This document shows, in pieces, positions 32,643-43,984 of a stretch of 64,000 nucleotides of DNA (positions within the stretch are counted from its first letter, which is position 1; every line of letters begins with the position of its first letter). The notes below the pieces were generated by a model. That model did no database searches. It worked only from the letters and a program-made list of their open reading frames with translations, and was not told the DNA's origin. Source of the DNA: Rebecca billardiae RCC1528 (taxonomy: Eukaryota; Protista; Haptophyta); contig OZ251225.1 of assembly GCA_965240325.2 (NCBI GenBank), forward strand, positions 3,720,001-3,784,000. Reading direction: 5' to 3'. The translations under genes and the position numbers were made by a program.

Positions 32643-34874
32643 ATGGTGCCCGACATCGAGGCACCCGCGCCGCGCGCGGGCCACGAACGCCTCACCGCCA
32701 TCTCGCTGTCGGACTCTGAAGCGCCGTCTGTGGACTTCACCCCGGGCGAACCGCCCGTCCTCACGCGCTTTGGCAAGTTTGCCGATCGCGACGTCGAGCG
32801 CGAGTATCGCACGGCTGAGCTGCGCGCGCGCTACGTGCAGAGCATGTCGCGCGTCACTGCAGTCGTCGGCACCGTCAGCACTCTCCTCTCCGTCGTCACC
32901 CTGGCGTCGAGAGGGCGCGTGACGCCGCACGCGCTGACACACCTCGCGCTCGCGTCGACGGCGTGGGCCGTGTTCGCGTTCGTGCGCGCTGCACACCTGC
33001 ACCCGGCGGCGATTTCGCTCGCATGGGTCGAGCGCGTGTCAGCTGGCTGGTTTGCTGCCGCCTCCGCCGGCGTGCTGAGCCTCAACACGAGCCGCCTTGC
33101 CCACTTTGTCGACGGCCCGCTGCCGGCCGAGGCGTGCGCCCTCGAGGGCCCATGCGCGCTGCTGCTGCGCGCCTTCTGCTTCGTGCTCGCCGCGGGGCTG
33201 TACACGCCGATGTGCACGGCGCATCTGAGCCTCGTCTCGCTGAGCATCGGCCTCGCGCTCGTCGTGCCCGACTTCTTCGTCTCGTGCCCGATGATGCCGC
33301 GCGCCTCGCCGAGCGACGTCGGCGTGTTTGCGATGCTCGCCGTGTTCATCGCACTCGCCCACGCCGCACGCGTGCGCACCGAGCGCGGCCAGTTCCACTT
33401 CCAGCGCTCGATGGTCGCGGCGGCGAGCGCGTGGCGCCGCGTGCAGAAGCAGGAGCTCGAGCAGCGCGTCAAGACGCACGCGCTCGAGTCCGCCTCCGGC
33501 GCGCGCTCGCGGCTGATCCGCGCGGTGATGCACGACCTGCGCTCGCCGCTGCTCGCGATCCACTCGGCCGCCGAGCAGATGGGCGGGCTGCAGGGCGACA
33601 CGCGCCTCGACGACGCGCGCGCGCAGCGCTCGCTCGACGCGATGCTCACGTGCTCGCGCGTGATGCAGGGCATCGTGAGCGACATGCTCGACTTTGAGCG
33701 CATCGACAGCGGGCGCATGGCGCTCGTCCTCGCGCCGTTCGCGGTGGCGCAGCTGTTCGCAGACGCGAGGCACACCTTCGAGCCGATCGCGCAGGGCAAG
33801 AAGGTGCGCCTCGTCTTCGAGCCGGTGCCGCTGGTGGTGCACACGCGCGAGTACGTGGGTGACGTCCGCCGGCTGCTGCAGTGCGTGTCCAACGGCATCT
33901 CCAACGCGATCAAGTTCTCGGAGCCAGGGCAGACGATCACTGTCGGCGCGCGACAGGGCCACGGCGCCGTCTCGGCGCCCGCCTCGTTTGCGGCGCCCTC
34001 AGCCGCCGCCGCCGACGCGGACGGCCTCGCGCGCGTGCGCATCTTCATCGCGGACGAGGGGCTCGGTCTGAGCGCGGAGGACCTGCACACAGTGCGCGAG
34101 GGCGACGCGTTCACGCAGGTGGGCAAGGGCCAGCTCCAGGGCAGCGGCGGCACCGGCCTTGGCCTGCCGATCGTGCGGCAGATCCTCGCGCTGCACAACG
34201 GATCGACGCTCTCGCTCGACTCTGCGGGCGAGCGGCAAGGCGTGACGTTCTCGCTCGACCTCGTGCTGCCGCTCGCGCACGCGGCCGAGGTGCGGCGGCA
34301 CGCGGCCGAGGACGATGCCGTGCCAGCCGCGCACTCGCACTCGCTCGGCATGCTCCGCGCACAGGCCGCCACGCCCACCACCGAGGCGGCGGCCAGCGCG
34401 CCGGCGCCCGTCGTCGCGGCTTCGCGGGCGCGCCGCATCTCCAGCCGGAAGAAGAACGTGGTCGTGCCCACGGAGCGCGCGCCCCGATGCCGCTGCTTGC
34501 ATGCGGAGGATGACGAGATGCTGCAGCTCATGCTCGCGACGCAGCTCTTCGAGCGGCTGCAGGTCGAGTTCACGACCGTGGCCGACGGCGCCCTCGCGAT
34601 CGACGCCGTCGAGCAGGCGGCGAGCGAGCAGCACCCGTTCACCGTCGTGCTGCTGGACAACCAGATGCCACGCGTGAGCGGTGCGGAGGCGACGCGGAGG
34701 CTGCGCCAGAGCGGCTTCCCTGGCGTGATCATCGGCATGACGGGAGACCCGACGGGCAGCCCCGAGCGCGACGACTTTGAGGCGGCCGGGCTGGACATGT
34801 GCGTCGACAAGTCGCCCGACGGCCTCAAGTACATCGAGGAAGTCATCCGCTGCCAGCTCGAGCAGGGAGCGTGA
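32643..34874 (+). CDS. Membrane-bound hybrid sensor histidine kinase (TM-HisKA-HATPase-REC), intronless
   Basis: Several TM segments; H-box MHDLRSPL; N-box NGISNAIKF; G1 IADEGLG; G2 GGTGLGL; receiver AEDD, LLDNQMP, IIGMTG. Confidence 0.93.
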   Translation: MVPDIEAPAPRAGHERLTAISLSDSEAPSVDFTPGEPPVLTRFGKFADRDVEREYRTAELRARYVQSMSRVTAVVGTVSTLLSVVTLASRGRVTPHALTHLALASTAWAVFAFVRAAHLHPAAISLAWVERVSAGWFAAASAGVLSLNTSRLAHFVDGPLPAEACALEGPCALLLRAFCFVLAAGLYTPMCTAHLSLVSLSIGLALVVPDFFVSCPMMPRASPSDVGVFAMLAVFIALAHAARVRTERGQFHFQRSMVAAASAWRRVQKQELEQRVKTHALESASGARSRLIRAVMHDLRSPLLAIHSAAEQMGGLQGDTRLDDARAQRSLDAMLTCSRVMQGIVSDMLDFERIDSGRMALVLAPFAVAQLFADARHTFEPIAQGKKVRLVFEPVPLVVHTREYVGDVRRLLQCVSNGISNAIKFSEPGQTITVGARQGHGAVSAPASFAAPSAAAADADGLARVRIFIADEGLGLSAEDLHTVREGDAFTQVGKGQLQGSGGTGLGLPIVRQILALHNGSTLSLDSAGERQGVTFSLDLVLPLAHAAEVRRHAAEDDAVPAAHSHSLGMLRAQAATPTTEAAASAPAPVVAASRARRISSRKKNVVVPTERAPRCRCLHAEDDEMLQLMLATQLFERLQVEFTTVADGALAIDAVEQAASEQHPFTVVLLDNQMPRVSGAEATRRLRQSGFPGVIIGMTGDPTGSPERDDFEAAGLDMCVDKSPDGLKYIEEVIRCQLEQGA

Positions 34875-35180
34875 GCCTCCGACCGGGCTACTTCCGCCGT
34901 TGAGGGGCGATCACTTCGGGCGGGCTGCACTGCCCATCGTCGCGCCATGCAGAGTCGCGCGGCACCGGACGTCGCGGACGGTCAGCATCAATGTGGTCGC
35001 AGCGCAGTCGGCAGCTCGTACCGGTCACTGTCGTCGTCCGCGAGTAAGAGTTAGTCAGGCTGAGTACTGAGTGACAGACGCGGGCCGCCGGGGCTGGTCG
35101 TCAGCCTAGTGTGACACGTACTCGTACGCAGCATATATATTGACTTAATGAGACAATGCGGTATTATACGGTGACACGGT

Positions 35181-35279
35181 ACTAATAGACGAGACGACGC
35201 ACACAGCTCAGGCAGACGAGATGCGATGATACTGAAGATGCTAAACTACAGTCTACTAAGAATAAGACGGACGCACAGC
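35181..35279 (+). repeat. Two degenerate tandem fragments of the ~55-bp element
   Basis: GAGACGACGCACACAGCTCAGGCAGACGAGAT and TACAGTCTACTAAGAATAAGACGGACGCACA. Confidence 0.7.
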
Positions 35280-35482
35280 ACCGTTCTAGTAGTTCACGTA
35301 GTTGTCATAGCTCCTAGCATATTGACAGGTAGTGCGCTGGACGAATTCTGCGCCGACGACAATGCTGGTGGAAATGCTGGTATAGTGCATAAAATGCGCG
35401 CGCGGATCGGCGATGATAAAATCGGAAAATCCGCATCTGCGCCGCCATCGCCCAGAGCCACGTGTGCGGTGTGCCGGGCGCC

Positions 35483-35929
35483 ATGAGTGGCGGTCCGCTC
35501 GGCGTGGTCGGCCGTCTTTTCAGCGACATCCGTTCGCTCGACGAGCTGCTCTACCGGGCGATCGTCGACATCCACCTGCACTTGCACAGGCAGAGCTTGC
35601 TCTTCACACACGTCGCCCGCGCTCTGCTCCCCGGCGGCTCCGGCCTGGGATCGACACTCCTGCTGATGGTTGCGGTGCGTGCGGCTGCGTCAGTCTTCTC
35701 GCTCGTCATGGATGCCTTCGACAGGCACGCTGCACTCTCCGAGCAGCCCTCCCTGCCACAGAGCGCGCTCTTGGCACGTCGTGCGAGCCGATCAGGCACA
35801 GGCATCTTCCGCATCGCCATGTCGCTGCTCGAGGATGACGAGCTCAATCTGCCTGACGAGCTGCTCGACGAGGACGGGATGGACGAGCTGGGGGGCGACG
35901 GCGCGCAATTTAACAACGACCCGATGTAG
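35483..35929 (+). CDS. Hypothetical protein or gene fragment with acidic C-terminus
   Basis: Protein-like composition (LFSDIRSLDELLYRAIVDIHL...LLEDDELNLPDELLDEDG) with C/G-ending codons; no known motif. Confidence 0.35.
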   Translation: MSGGPLGVVGRLFSDIRSLDELLYRAIVDIHLHLHRQSLLFTHVARALLPGGSGLGSTLLLMVAVRAAASVFSLVMDAFDRHAALSEQPSLPQSALLARRASRSGTGIFRIAMSLLEDDELNLPDELLDEDGMDELGGDGAQFNNDPM

Positions 35930-37706
35930 CCTCTTCCGCCAAGGCGAGTGGCTGGGTGCCCCACGCCACTGCCACGACCACGCAGTGCACGTCATGCGAC
36001 GAGGTGGGGCGGACGCGCTGCGCGGTCCTCCGACAGGTCGCATCATCGCAGGCGCGGCTACGTACGCGACGATGGTGTCGGCTTTGTCATCGTCGGATGG
36101 GCGCGTAGTCGTGCACAGCACAGCCCCGCGGACTCACGAGTCGTCACGCGACCGCACGGCGTGTCACCAGGCCACCGGGTTCGGGACCCGGGACCGGGGA
36201 CCGGCGGTGCCGACGCTGCTGCCAGCGCGCCGGCCCGGCGGCGGCGGCGGCCCGGCGCGGCCCGCGCCGCCGTCGGACTGACAGCCATTGAGCCATTGAC
36301 AGGCAGCTTGGTGCCAGTCTCACTTATTGGCGCTGTCTGCTGCTATACTGTGTCGGATGTCTCGACGCACGATGTGACTAGAACCAGCGTACTGATAAGT
36401 TGCGGAGAGTGACCGCCTGGTCGAGTACTTACGTAGTAGTATATAAGTAGTAGTAATAGACAAATAGTTACTCTGTTCTGCCGATGCGACTGCGCGAGGC
36501 CGTCACCAGGTGAGTCCAAGTCTAGCGCTGTATGTAACTGACGGTCGGCGCGGCTATTAAGTACGGTCTGCTGCGGGAGACGGAGTGACGCGGACCGTGC
36601 GGTATTCCTTTTATTTAAAGCAGACCAGTTAATAATAATATATATATATATATATATAAATGATGACAACGCGCGCAGTCACTCGTCAGTCAGCTTAGAC
36701 GACTCCAGACTTCTGCTGTCTGGCTGTATAACGGTCGATTCGTCACTACTGTACTCACAGTCACAGCAAGTCAGTTACGGGACGACTACAGTGCCACGGA
36801 CTGCGCTGCCAGTGGTCCGCATTCTGATTGGCTGACTCCTCCTGACAATCGGAGACTCTCAGACTCAGACTCAGTCTGAGTCTGAATCACTCTGGATGTC
36901 GTCTGTGTGACAGTGGATGGTTCACGACGCGACGCGTCACGCGAGTGACGCGACGCGAATCTGATGATGTTATCTGACGGAACCGGATCACTGCCACTGG
37001 GCGGATCACACCCGCGCTGCGGCGCAGTGATCGTCTGACTCACTGGGACTGATGTCGGACGAGCCGCCAGTGAGTCTCAGTGACGCCCGGTCGGTCCGCG
37101 AAGACTCTATCACGGAAGACGGGAAGTGTCAAGTGAGTCCGGCGGGGACTGAGGGCGAGGCGCGGAGCTGCTGCTGTCAGCTGTGCGGACCGTGCGGACG
37201 TGCGGTCCTCACTCCGAGTCGTCACTCATCGACATCGGACTCACGGTGACTGTGACTATAGTCATAGTGTGAGCCGGGCCGGGCCGGTCGTCCGAGTTCG
37301 GAGTTATATACATAGTAGACTTTAGTGATGACGACTGAAATCTGAATAATATCGACATAAATTATTATGATCGACGGCCCCGTAACGGCAGGCGCGGCAT
37401 CGAGCACGGAGCAGTGGGGCAGGCCGCGCGCTGCCGACCGGGCAGCGCGCGGCGAGTTCATGTTGGCTGGCAGTGCTGAGTGCAGCGCGCGCGTGCGAGC
37501 GCGGCCGCGGCTGCGACTGACACGGAACGGGTGCACACGTCACCTCCGCCCGCGGCGCCAGCCGCAGGCGGACGGGAGCGGTGCGTGACAGAGTGTGTGT
37601 GGTGTGTGTGGTTGGGGTGGCGCGGGGCCAGGCGGCAGGCCTCGTGCAGGCCGTACGCGACATGGGGGGGGGGCGGGTGGAGGCGAGGGCGGCGGCGGCG
37701 GCGGGC

Positions 37707-39350
37707 TCAGCCGCCCTTCTGTCGATGCCGCCTCTCAATCGCGCGCTCGTCGACGCGCGCGACGGTACGCCACAGCGGCAGCACGCACGCGCCGCCCGCG
37801 AGCGCGACCGACGCGAGCAGCGCAAAGACCGCGCGCCAGCCCTTGTGCTTCTGCAGCATGCCGAGCGGGAAGCCGGCGCTCGAGGCGCCGAGCTGCGCGA
37901 CGAACTTGACGAGGCCGCCGGCGGTGCTCGACGCGGCCGGCGCGACCACCTCCCGCGAGGCGAGCCCGAGCAGCACGTGCACGGGGAACGCGAGCGCGCC
38001 GAGCCCAAAGTAGAGCAGCGGCAGCGCGCGCGCGTCGCTCGTCGCGTCCAGCAGCGCGAGCAGCGGGCAGAGCAGCGCGGTGCACAGCGCCATCACCGGC
38101 CCGCGCCGGCCGTGGAAGATGAGGTCGGAGGCGCGGCCCGCGGCGACCGAGCCGATGAAGCCGCCCAGCTCGAAGCTGAACAGGCAGCGCGACGCGACGT
38201 GCATCGGCTGCCCCTTCGCCTCCGCGAGGTAGAGCGGCGTCCAGTCGGTGAGGCACGAGCGGATCACGCCGATGCAGAAGTAGTCGACGGCCATCAGCCA
38301 GAGCCGCCAGTTGAGGAGGACGTCGCGCGCGGTGGCGCGGAGCGCGCGGAGCCGCGCCTGGCGCTCGAACGCCTTGCCCTTCTTCCCGCGCCGCGCCGCC
38401 GCCGCCGCCGCCGCCTCGCGCGCGCGCGCCGCGACCGCCGCCGCCGCCGCGGGCGTGGTCGTCTGCGGCTCGTCAGCGCGCCAGAGCACGCGCAGCAGCA
38501 GCAGCCCGAGGCCGAGCGCGATCGCGGCGGGCAGGTAGAAGGCGACGCGCGGGTTGCCGGAGCGCGCGACCGCGTGCGCGACGAGCACCGGCACGAGCGC
38601 CGCGCCCACGTTCTGGCTCGTCGAGAGGATCGAGTACCAGACGCCGCGCCCCTTTGGGTCGGGGAAGGCGCGCAGGAACACCTTGGAGACGCACGGCCAG
38701 CCGAGCGACTGCACGATGCCGTTGGCGCCCCAGAGCGCGGCCATGACGGGGAGGGAGGACGCGCCGCTCAGCCCAAAGTTGAGCAGCGCCGACGCCGCGA
38801 GCGCGAGCGACAGCGCGAGCGACGGGTCCACCGCGTCGATCACCATCCCGTTGAGCAGCGCGCCCGCGCCGCTCGCCATCTCGTACGCCGAGCCAATCAC
38901 CGCGACCTCCGACTTGGAGCGGCCGAGGGAGTCCATCACGTGCGGTATCCAGAAGCCGTAGTTCTTTCGGGCGATCAGCAGCCCGACGTACGCCGCGTAG
39001 ATCAGCACGAACACGCGCAACCGGCCGAGCTTTGCGCGGCCGCCGCGGCCGCCCTCGCGCGGCGGCTCCTGACCGAGGTTCAAAAACACCTTGAGCGGCG
39101 CGCGCGGCGGCGCGCGCGGGCGCCCGAGGGGGCCCAGCGGCCCGCGCAGGTCCAGCTCGCGCCCCCGCGGCGCCGCCCCCAGCGCGCCCACCGGCGCGCG
39201 GCTGCCGGGCGAGAGCCGGCGCGGCGGCGCGCCCGCCAGCGGCGGTATTGCGCTCGCCGGCCGCGGCGCGGCCGGCGCGTGCTTGAGCGAGAGCAGCCAC
39301 CGCGCCGTGGCGTCGCGCTTGAGCTGTGATGGCGAGAGCATTGCGGCCAT
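37707..39350 (-). CDS. MFS organophosphate:Pi antiporter, UhpC/GlpT (OPA, SLC37) family
   Basis: YVGLLIARKNYG, NGIVQSLGWP, RGVWYSILSTSQNVG, FELGGFIGSVAAGRASDLIFHGRRGP, STAGGLV..AGFPLG; ~110-aa N-terminal extension. Confidence 0.9.
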   Translation of the reverse strand: MAAMLSPSQLKRDATARWLLSLKHAPAAPRPASAIPPLAGAPPRRLSPGSRAPVGALGAAPRGRELDLRGPLGPLGRPRAPPRAPLKVFLNLGQEPPREGGRGGRAKLGRLRVFVLIYAAYVGLLIARKNYGFWIPHVMDSLGRSKSEVAVIGSAYEMASGAGALLNGMVIDAVDPSLALSLALAASALLNFGLSGASSLPVMAALWGANGIVQSLGWPCVSKVFLRAFPDPKGRGVWYSILSTSQNVGAALVPVLVAHAVARSGNPRVAFYLPAAIALGLGLLLLRVLWRADEPQTTTPAAAAAVAARAREAAAAAAARRGKKGKAFERQARLRALRATARDVLLNWRLWLMAVDYFCIGVIRSCLTDWTPLYLAEAKGQPMHVASRCLFSFELGGFIGSVAAGRASDLIFHGRRGPVMALCTALLCPLLALLDATSDARALPLLYFGLGALAFPVHVLLGLASREVVAPAASSTAGGLVKFVAQLGASSAGFPLGMLQKHKGWRAVFALLASVALAGGACVLPLWRTVARVDERAIERRHRQKGG

Positions 39351-40166
39351 TGGGGCCGGGCCGGCCCCGCGGTCGTGCGGACAAGGCCGGGCGGACGCCG
39401 ACAGCACGCACAAAGGGGAGGAGGCCCGCAGGGGGGCGCTTGCCTTGCTCACCGCCGATTGGGTGCTGAGCCTGGCCAGTAGCGGCGGCCGACGCAGGCA
39501 GACGACGACGGCGACGCATCTTCTTGGCGCTTGGGTCGAAAGCTCTGGAAGCAGTTGAGCTCTCGGCCAGACGAAACGGGCGTGGAGGCGGCGGGCGAAG
39601 TAGAAGGCCGTCAGAGAGAAAAGGCCACGAAAAGGCCACACGGCCAGCCACGGCCGCCTTCGCGCGATAACCAAACGACGTCAGGACAGGTCAAGGAAGG
39701 CTCCTCGTAAGCGCGCCTTTTGAGCGCTTGTGCGCGATTCCTTCGATCGAACAAAGCTCATACCCAACTTATAAGTCAGCTACCCAGCTTGATGGCCTGT
39801 CGGCCGAGGGACGCCTTCGGTACGCGTGAGAGGGAGGCTCGGTGGTTTTGCCGCGCGCCTGGGTGTCCACTCGCCGAATAATTGACTGGCGCGCCGTAGG
39901 CGGCGTCCTATGTACATCCTTGCGACCTGCACTCAAACGAACTCACTTCTTGAGCGGCAGCGAATAGCGATCAACCATGCGTGCGATCGAGCGATATGAT
40001 GCTGCGCATCTCTCAGTCCCGTACCGTATCGCGCAGGGATCAGGCCCACTGCTCACTGGCGGAGGATCGCGCGCTGCGAGGGCGTCGTTGTGCATCCGCA
40101 CCACGTCGAGCGTGCCTTGCCCGCACGCTCCGACGGGCCGAGCACGAGCCGGCGCACCCGCACGGG

Positions 40167-42758
40167 ATGATGACGATGGGACGGCCGCGGCCCGATGCGC
40201 TCGAGCGCGAGGAGCGCGCGCTGTCCGTGCCGAGCAGCCTCTGTGACCCGTACGTGGCGGCGCGCGTCGCGAGCGCGCTGCAGGCGGCGGTCGCGCGCGA
40301 GCTGCAGACGTCTCAAGGCGTCGCGAGGCTCGAACGGATCCGGGCACGCAGCGAGTCGATGCGGTCCGACATGTACAGCCGCAACCGCATTGCCTCCTGC
40401 CCGCAGCTGCACCTCGTGCTGGTACGCATGCTGGACCCGCGCGCGCGTGCGCCCCGCAACGTGCGCGCGCACGCACTGAGCGGGAGCCCTCGCGCCCACC
40501 CTCTCGCGCCGCCCCGCCGCCGTGCCGCCACCGCCGTGCGCAGCACGCCTCGGTGCGCAGCGCCACCGTGCAGCACACGCTCCCCAGACGCGCGCGCACG
40601 CACGAGGCGCCGCCTGCCATCCCGGAGATCTCGGCCACGCCGCTGCTCGACGACAGCGACCTGCCGAGCTCGCCGCTGGCGGACGCGGCGGCGAAGGCGC
40701 TGTGCACGATGGAGATCAGCAGCTCGTCCGAGTCGTCCGAGTCCGAGCCCGACGAGCAGATGGAGCCTGTCACGCGCCGCCGCACGCGCTCCCAGCTCGA
40801 GCAGGAGACGCCGCCGTCCAGACGGCGCGCGCGCCACGCGTGCAGCGCGGGCGCGGGCGTGGGCGCGGCGGCGGAGCTGCAGCCGCGCGCGCCCGGCGTG
40901 GTGGCTGCTGCGCCGATCGAGCCATGCGCCATCCACGGCCCCGTGATGACGGCGCACGACGAGAGCATGACGTCCACCCGCGACGCGCTGCCGCAGCAGC
41001 TGCCCGCGCCCGCCGCAGCGTCGGAGCCGTCGGCCGAGCCAGCGGCGGCCGGGGACGGGGAGAGCCCGCTGCAGAGCCGCGCGCGGGGTCCGCTTGGCGT
41101 GCTCGCGCGCATCTTTGGCGGGGAGCGCCACGGTTCGCCGAGTTCGGCCTCGCGCTCCGCCTCGGCCAACGCGCTGCGGCCCGACGGCGGCGCCAGCCGC
41201 GAAAGCAGCCCGCCCGCGCGCCTCCGCGGCGATCGGCGCGCCAGCCGGCTCAGCAGCGGCTCGGCGCGTGGCGCGACGCCTGCGGCGCGCAGGCCGCCTG
41301 CACGGCCGCACGACGACGCGCGCATGGACGTCGTCGACGCGCCGGAGGCTGGCGGCCGCCCCTCCTCGCGCTCGCGCGCGCGCGGCCCCAGCCCGGTGCG
41401 CCGCTCGATCTCGGGCAAGGCGCAGCTGCTCCGGCGCGGCGGCCGGCTGTCCGACGCGCCGCGCGTGCCGCGCGCGCCCAGCACCGTGCCGACGGTGCTG
41501 CAGTGGCACGGCGAGGGCAACGACGTCTCCGTCGTCGGCTCCTTCAACGCGTGGGCCGAGCGCATCCCCATGCTCCGCAGCCCCGACCACGCCGACTGGT
41601 ACGTGTGCCTCGCCCTGCCACCGGGTGAGTTTGGGTACCGCTTCGTGGTCGACGGCCAGTGGCGGCACGCGCCCGAGCAGCCGCTAGGCCGGCCGGGCGC
41701 GGGCGGCGGCGGGCTTGGCGAGCAGAACGGGCTGCTGCACAACGTGGTGGTCGTCGCGGACCAGACCGAGTACGAGCGCGAGGACCCGTGCGCCGACGGT
41801 GCGGACGCGCCGCGCCGCGACGGGGCAGGCGAGGAGGAGGAGGGGGAGGAGGAGGACGACGGCTTCTCGCAGCGCGTGTCCAGCTCGGCGCTGGCGCTGC
41901 TCGCCGGCAAGCCGCCCGCGCAGCTGCCCGCCTTTCTGCAGGTGCGTCTGCCCCCGCCGCGGCGCGTCTCTCCCGCCCGGCCGCGGCCCGCGCGTCTCGA
42001 CGCCCGCGCGCGCGCCATCTCACCGCGCGCCCCCTCTGCCCCGCCGGCGCCCTGCCCGCCTGCCCCCGTGCGCGCAGGCGGCCGCAGAGGAGGGCGTCGC
42101 CGACGCGTCCGCACGCCCGGTCCGGTCGCGCGGCGCGCCGGGTCTGCTCCCGCCCACGCGCGGCCGCGTCGTCGGGTGCCACACGCAGCACGGGCGCATC
42201 TTCGTGGCCGGCATGCCGTCCGAACCAGAGGACATGTCCGGCTGCCCGATGCCCAAGCTGCGGGGCAGCTCGGACGGGCCCGCGGAGGCGCCGTCCGCTC
42301 GGGCGGAGGGCGGGCGGCCGACCCCGGCCGATGGGCCGCTCGTGCTCAGCTACGGCATGCGCATCCCCGGCACGAGCAAGGCGAGCACGGTCGTTCTGTA
42401 CAAGCCGCGCACGCCGCGGCTCGGCACGGGCTCAGGCGCTGATCTGCTGGACGAGGGCAGCGACGCCAGCGGCTGCGGCATCGGTCGCGCGCGCCGAGTC
42501 CCTCCCAGCGTGAGCGCGGGCAAGATGATGAGCGTCGACTCGCATCACGCGCTGCCGCCGCGGCGTGACGGCGCGGGGCTTGAGCGCTCGCACTCCTCGC
42601 CGCCCTGCGTCATCGACGCGCCGTACGTCGCTAGGAGCGCCGCTGGCGAGGCGAGGCCCGTGACGCCGAGCACGGCCGCCTTGCCGTCGCCGGCTCGGCA
42701 CTGGTTCATGCCGTGGACGATGCTGGCGCCGCGCGCGCGCACGGGCGAGGCGGCGTGA
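40167..42758 (+). CDS. SNF1/AMPK/SnRK1 beta-subunit-like protein (CBM48 + C-terminal ASC-like motif; 3 exons)
   Basis: CBM48 PTVLQWHGEGNDVSVVGSFNAW...GEFGYRFVVDGQW; KPPAQLPAFL; LVLSYGMR...STVVLYKP; introns 40422-40573 and 41942-42077. Confidence 0.8.
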
Positions 42759-43034
42759 TGTGCCCGCTCGGAGCGAGCCTGCCACGCTGACACGCTGCCG
42801 TGCGCGAGGCCGACACAGCGCGTCACGCTGGAGTCTCGTCTACGCGCGCAACGGTGGCAGCAGGCACAGCGGTGACTGACGCATGCACATACGACTGCTC
42901 TGTCCGAACGGTCAGAGCCACTCCCACTGGCGGCCGCCACTGTCTTTCGCGCGGACCTTAGCTTAATTAAATCACGATTCCTGCTGGCTGTAGCACCGCC
43001 CGTACCGGGGTCCGTATCTGAGCCAGTCGGTTTT

Positions 43035-43151
<117 letters not shown>

Positions 43152-43806
43152 ATGAGAATAATTGAGATAACGGGATAACCAGATCTGATGACTCTGAGTC
43201 TGAGAGCTCTACGAGCGCAGTCATCAGACATCAGCCGCCGAGAGTCCGAGACGGCCCGAGACCGACGTCTGCGACGACCGAGTCGATCGTCAACTGATGA
43301 CAACTCACTGACACACTCACAACTGACACTGTCAGTGTCAAGCTGTGAAGCTCAGGCGACCGAGCGCGTCAGCACTACGTCTAGCTACGCGTCTAGCTAG
43401 TTATGACTAGTACTACGATACATTATTATAACTACATCATCAGTGTCACTTATAACATCATCAGGTCCGGCGCCGCGCATGCCAGGCTCCCGCTCAGCAG
43501 ACCAGCAGTGCCTGGCAGCTCAGGCGGGCAGCGCGGGCCGGCGCCCGGTACCGCTCGGCGCCGGCAGCGCCGGCTTGGGGCCGGCCCGGGCGCGCGGGGC
43601 GAGCCGGGCGGCGCCGCGCGGGCGGGCCGCGGGGCCGGGGCCCGAGGCGGGCGGCGGCGTGGGCGGCGGCGCGGCCCGCCGTCCCCGCGCTGCCCCGCGG
43701 CCGTGCCGACAGCTGAGGCGCACCGAGTTCCGACCCGCGTGCACTGACTCTGGCACGCGGGCACCGGCGGCTCAGATCTGCGTATAGCCTTTTGAAGGAA
43801 CCCAAC

Positions 43807-43984
43807 CAAGGGCGTTCCCGGGATCCTGCCACACGCTCCTGAAAGCAATGCCCCCCCCTGGGGGGGGCATTGCTACCGGACTGGCGCGGGCCGTAATCAA
43901 ATGTACCCGCTTGAAATAGAGGAAGCCAATTTCAATAGGAACGCGGTTCGATTTGGCGTATGACCAGTGCGGGGAACGCCCCTG
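43807..43984 (-). repeat. Hairpin module, copy 2 (inverted relative to 32060-32224)
   Basis: CAAGGGCGTTCCCG...GGGGAACGCCCCTG; palindrome AGCAATG-C8-T-G8-CATTGCT (43844-43874). Confidence 0.8.
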
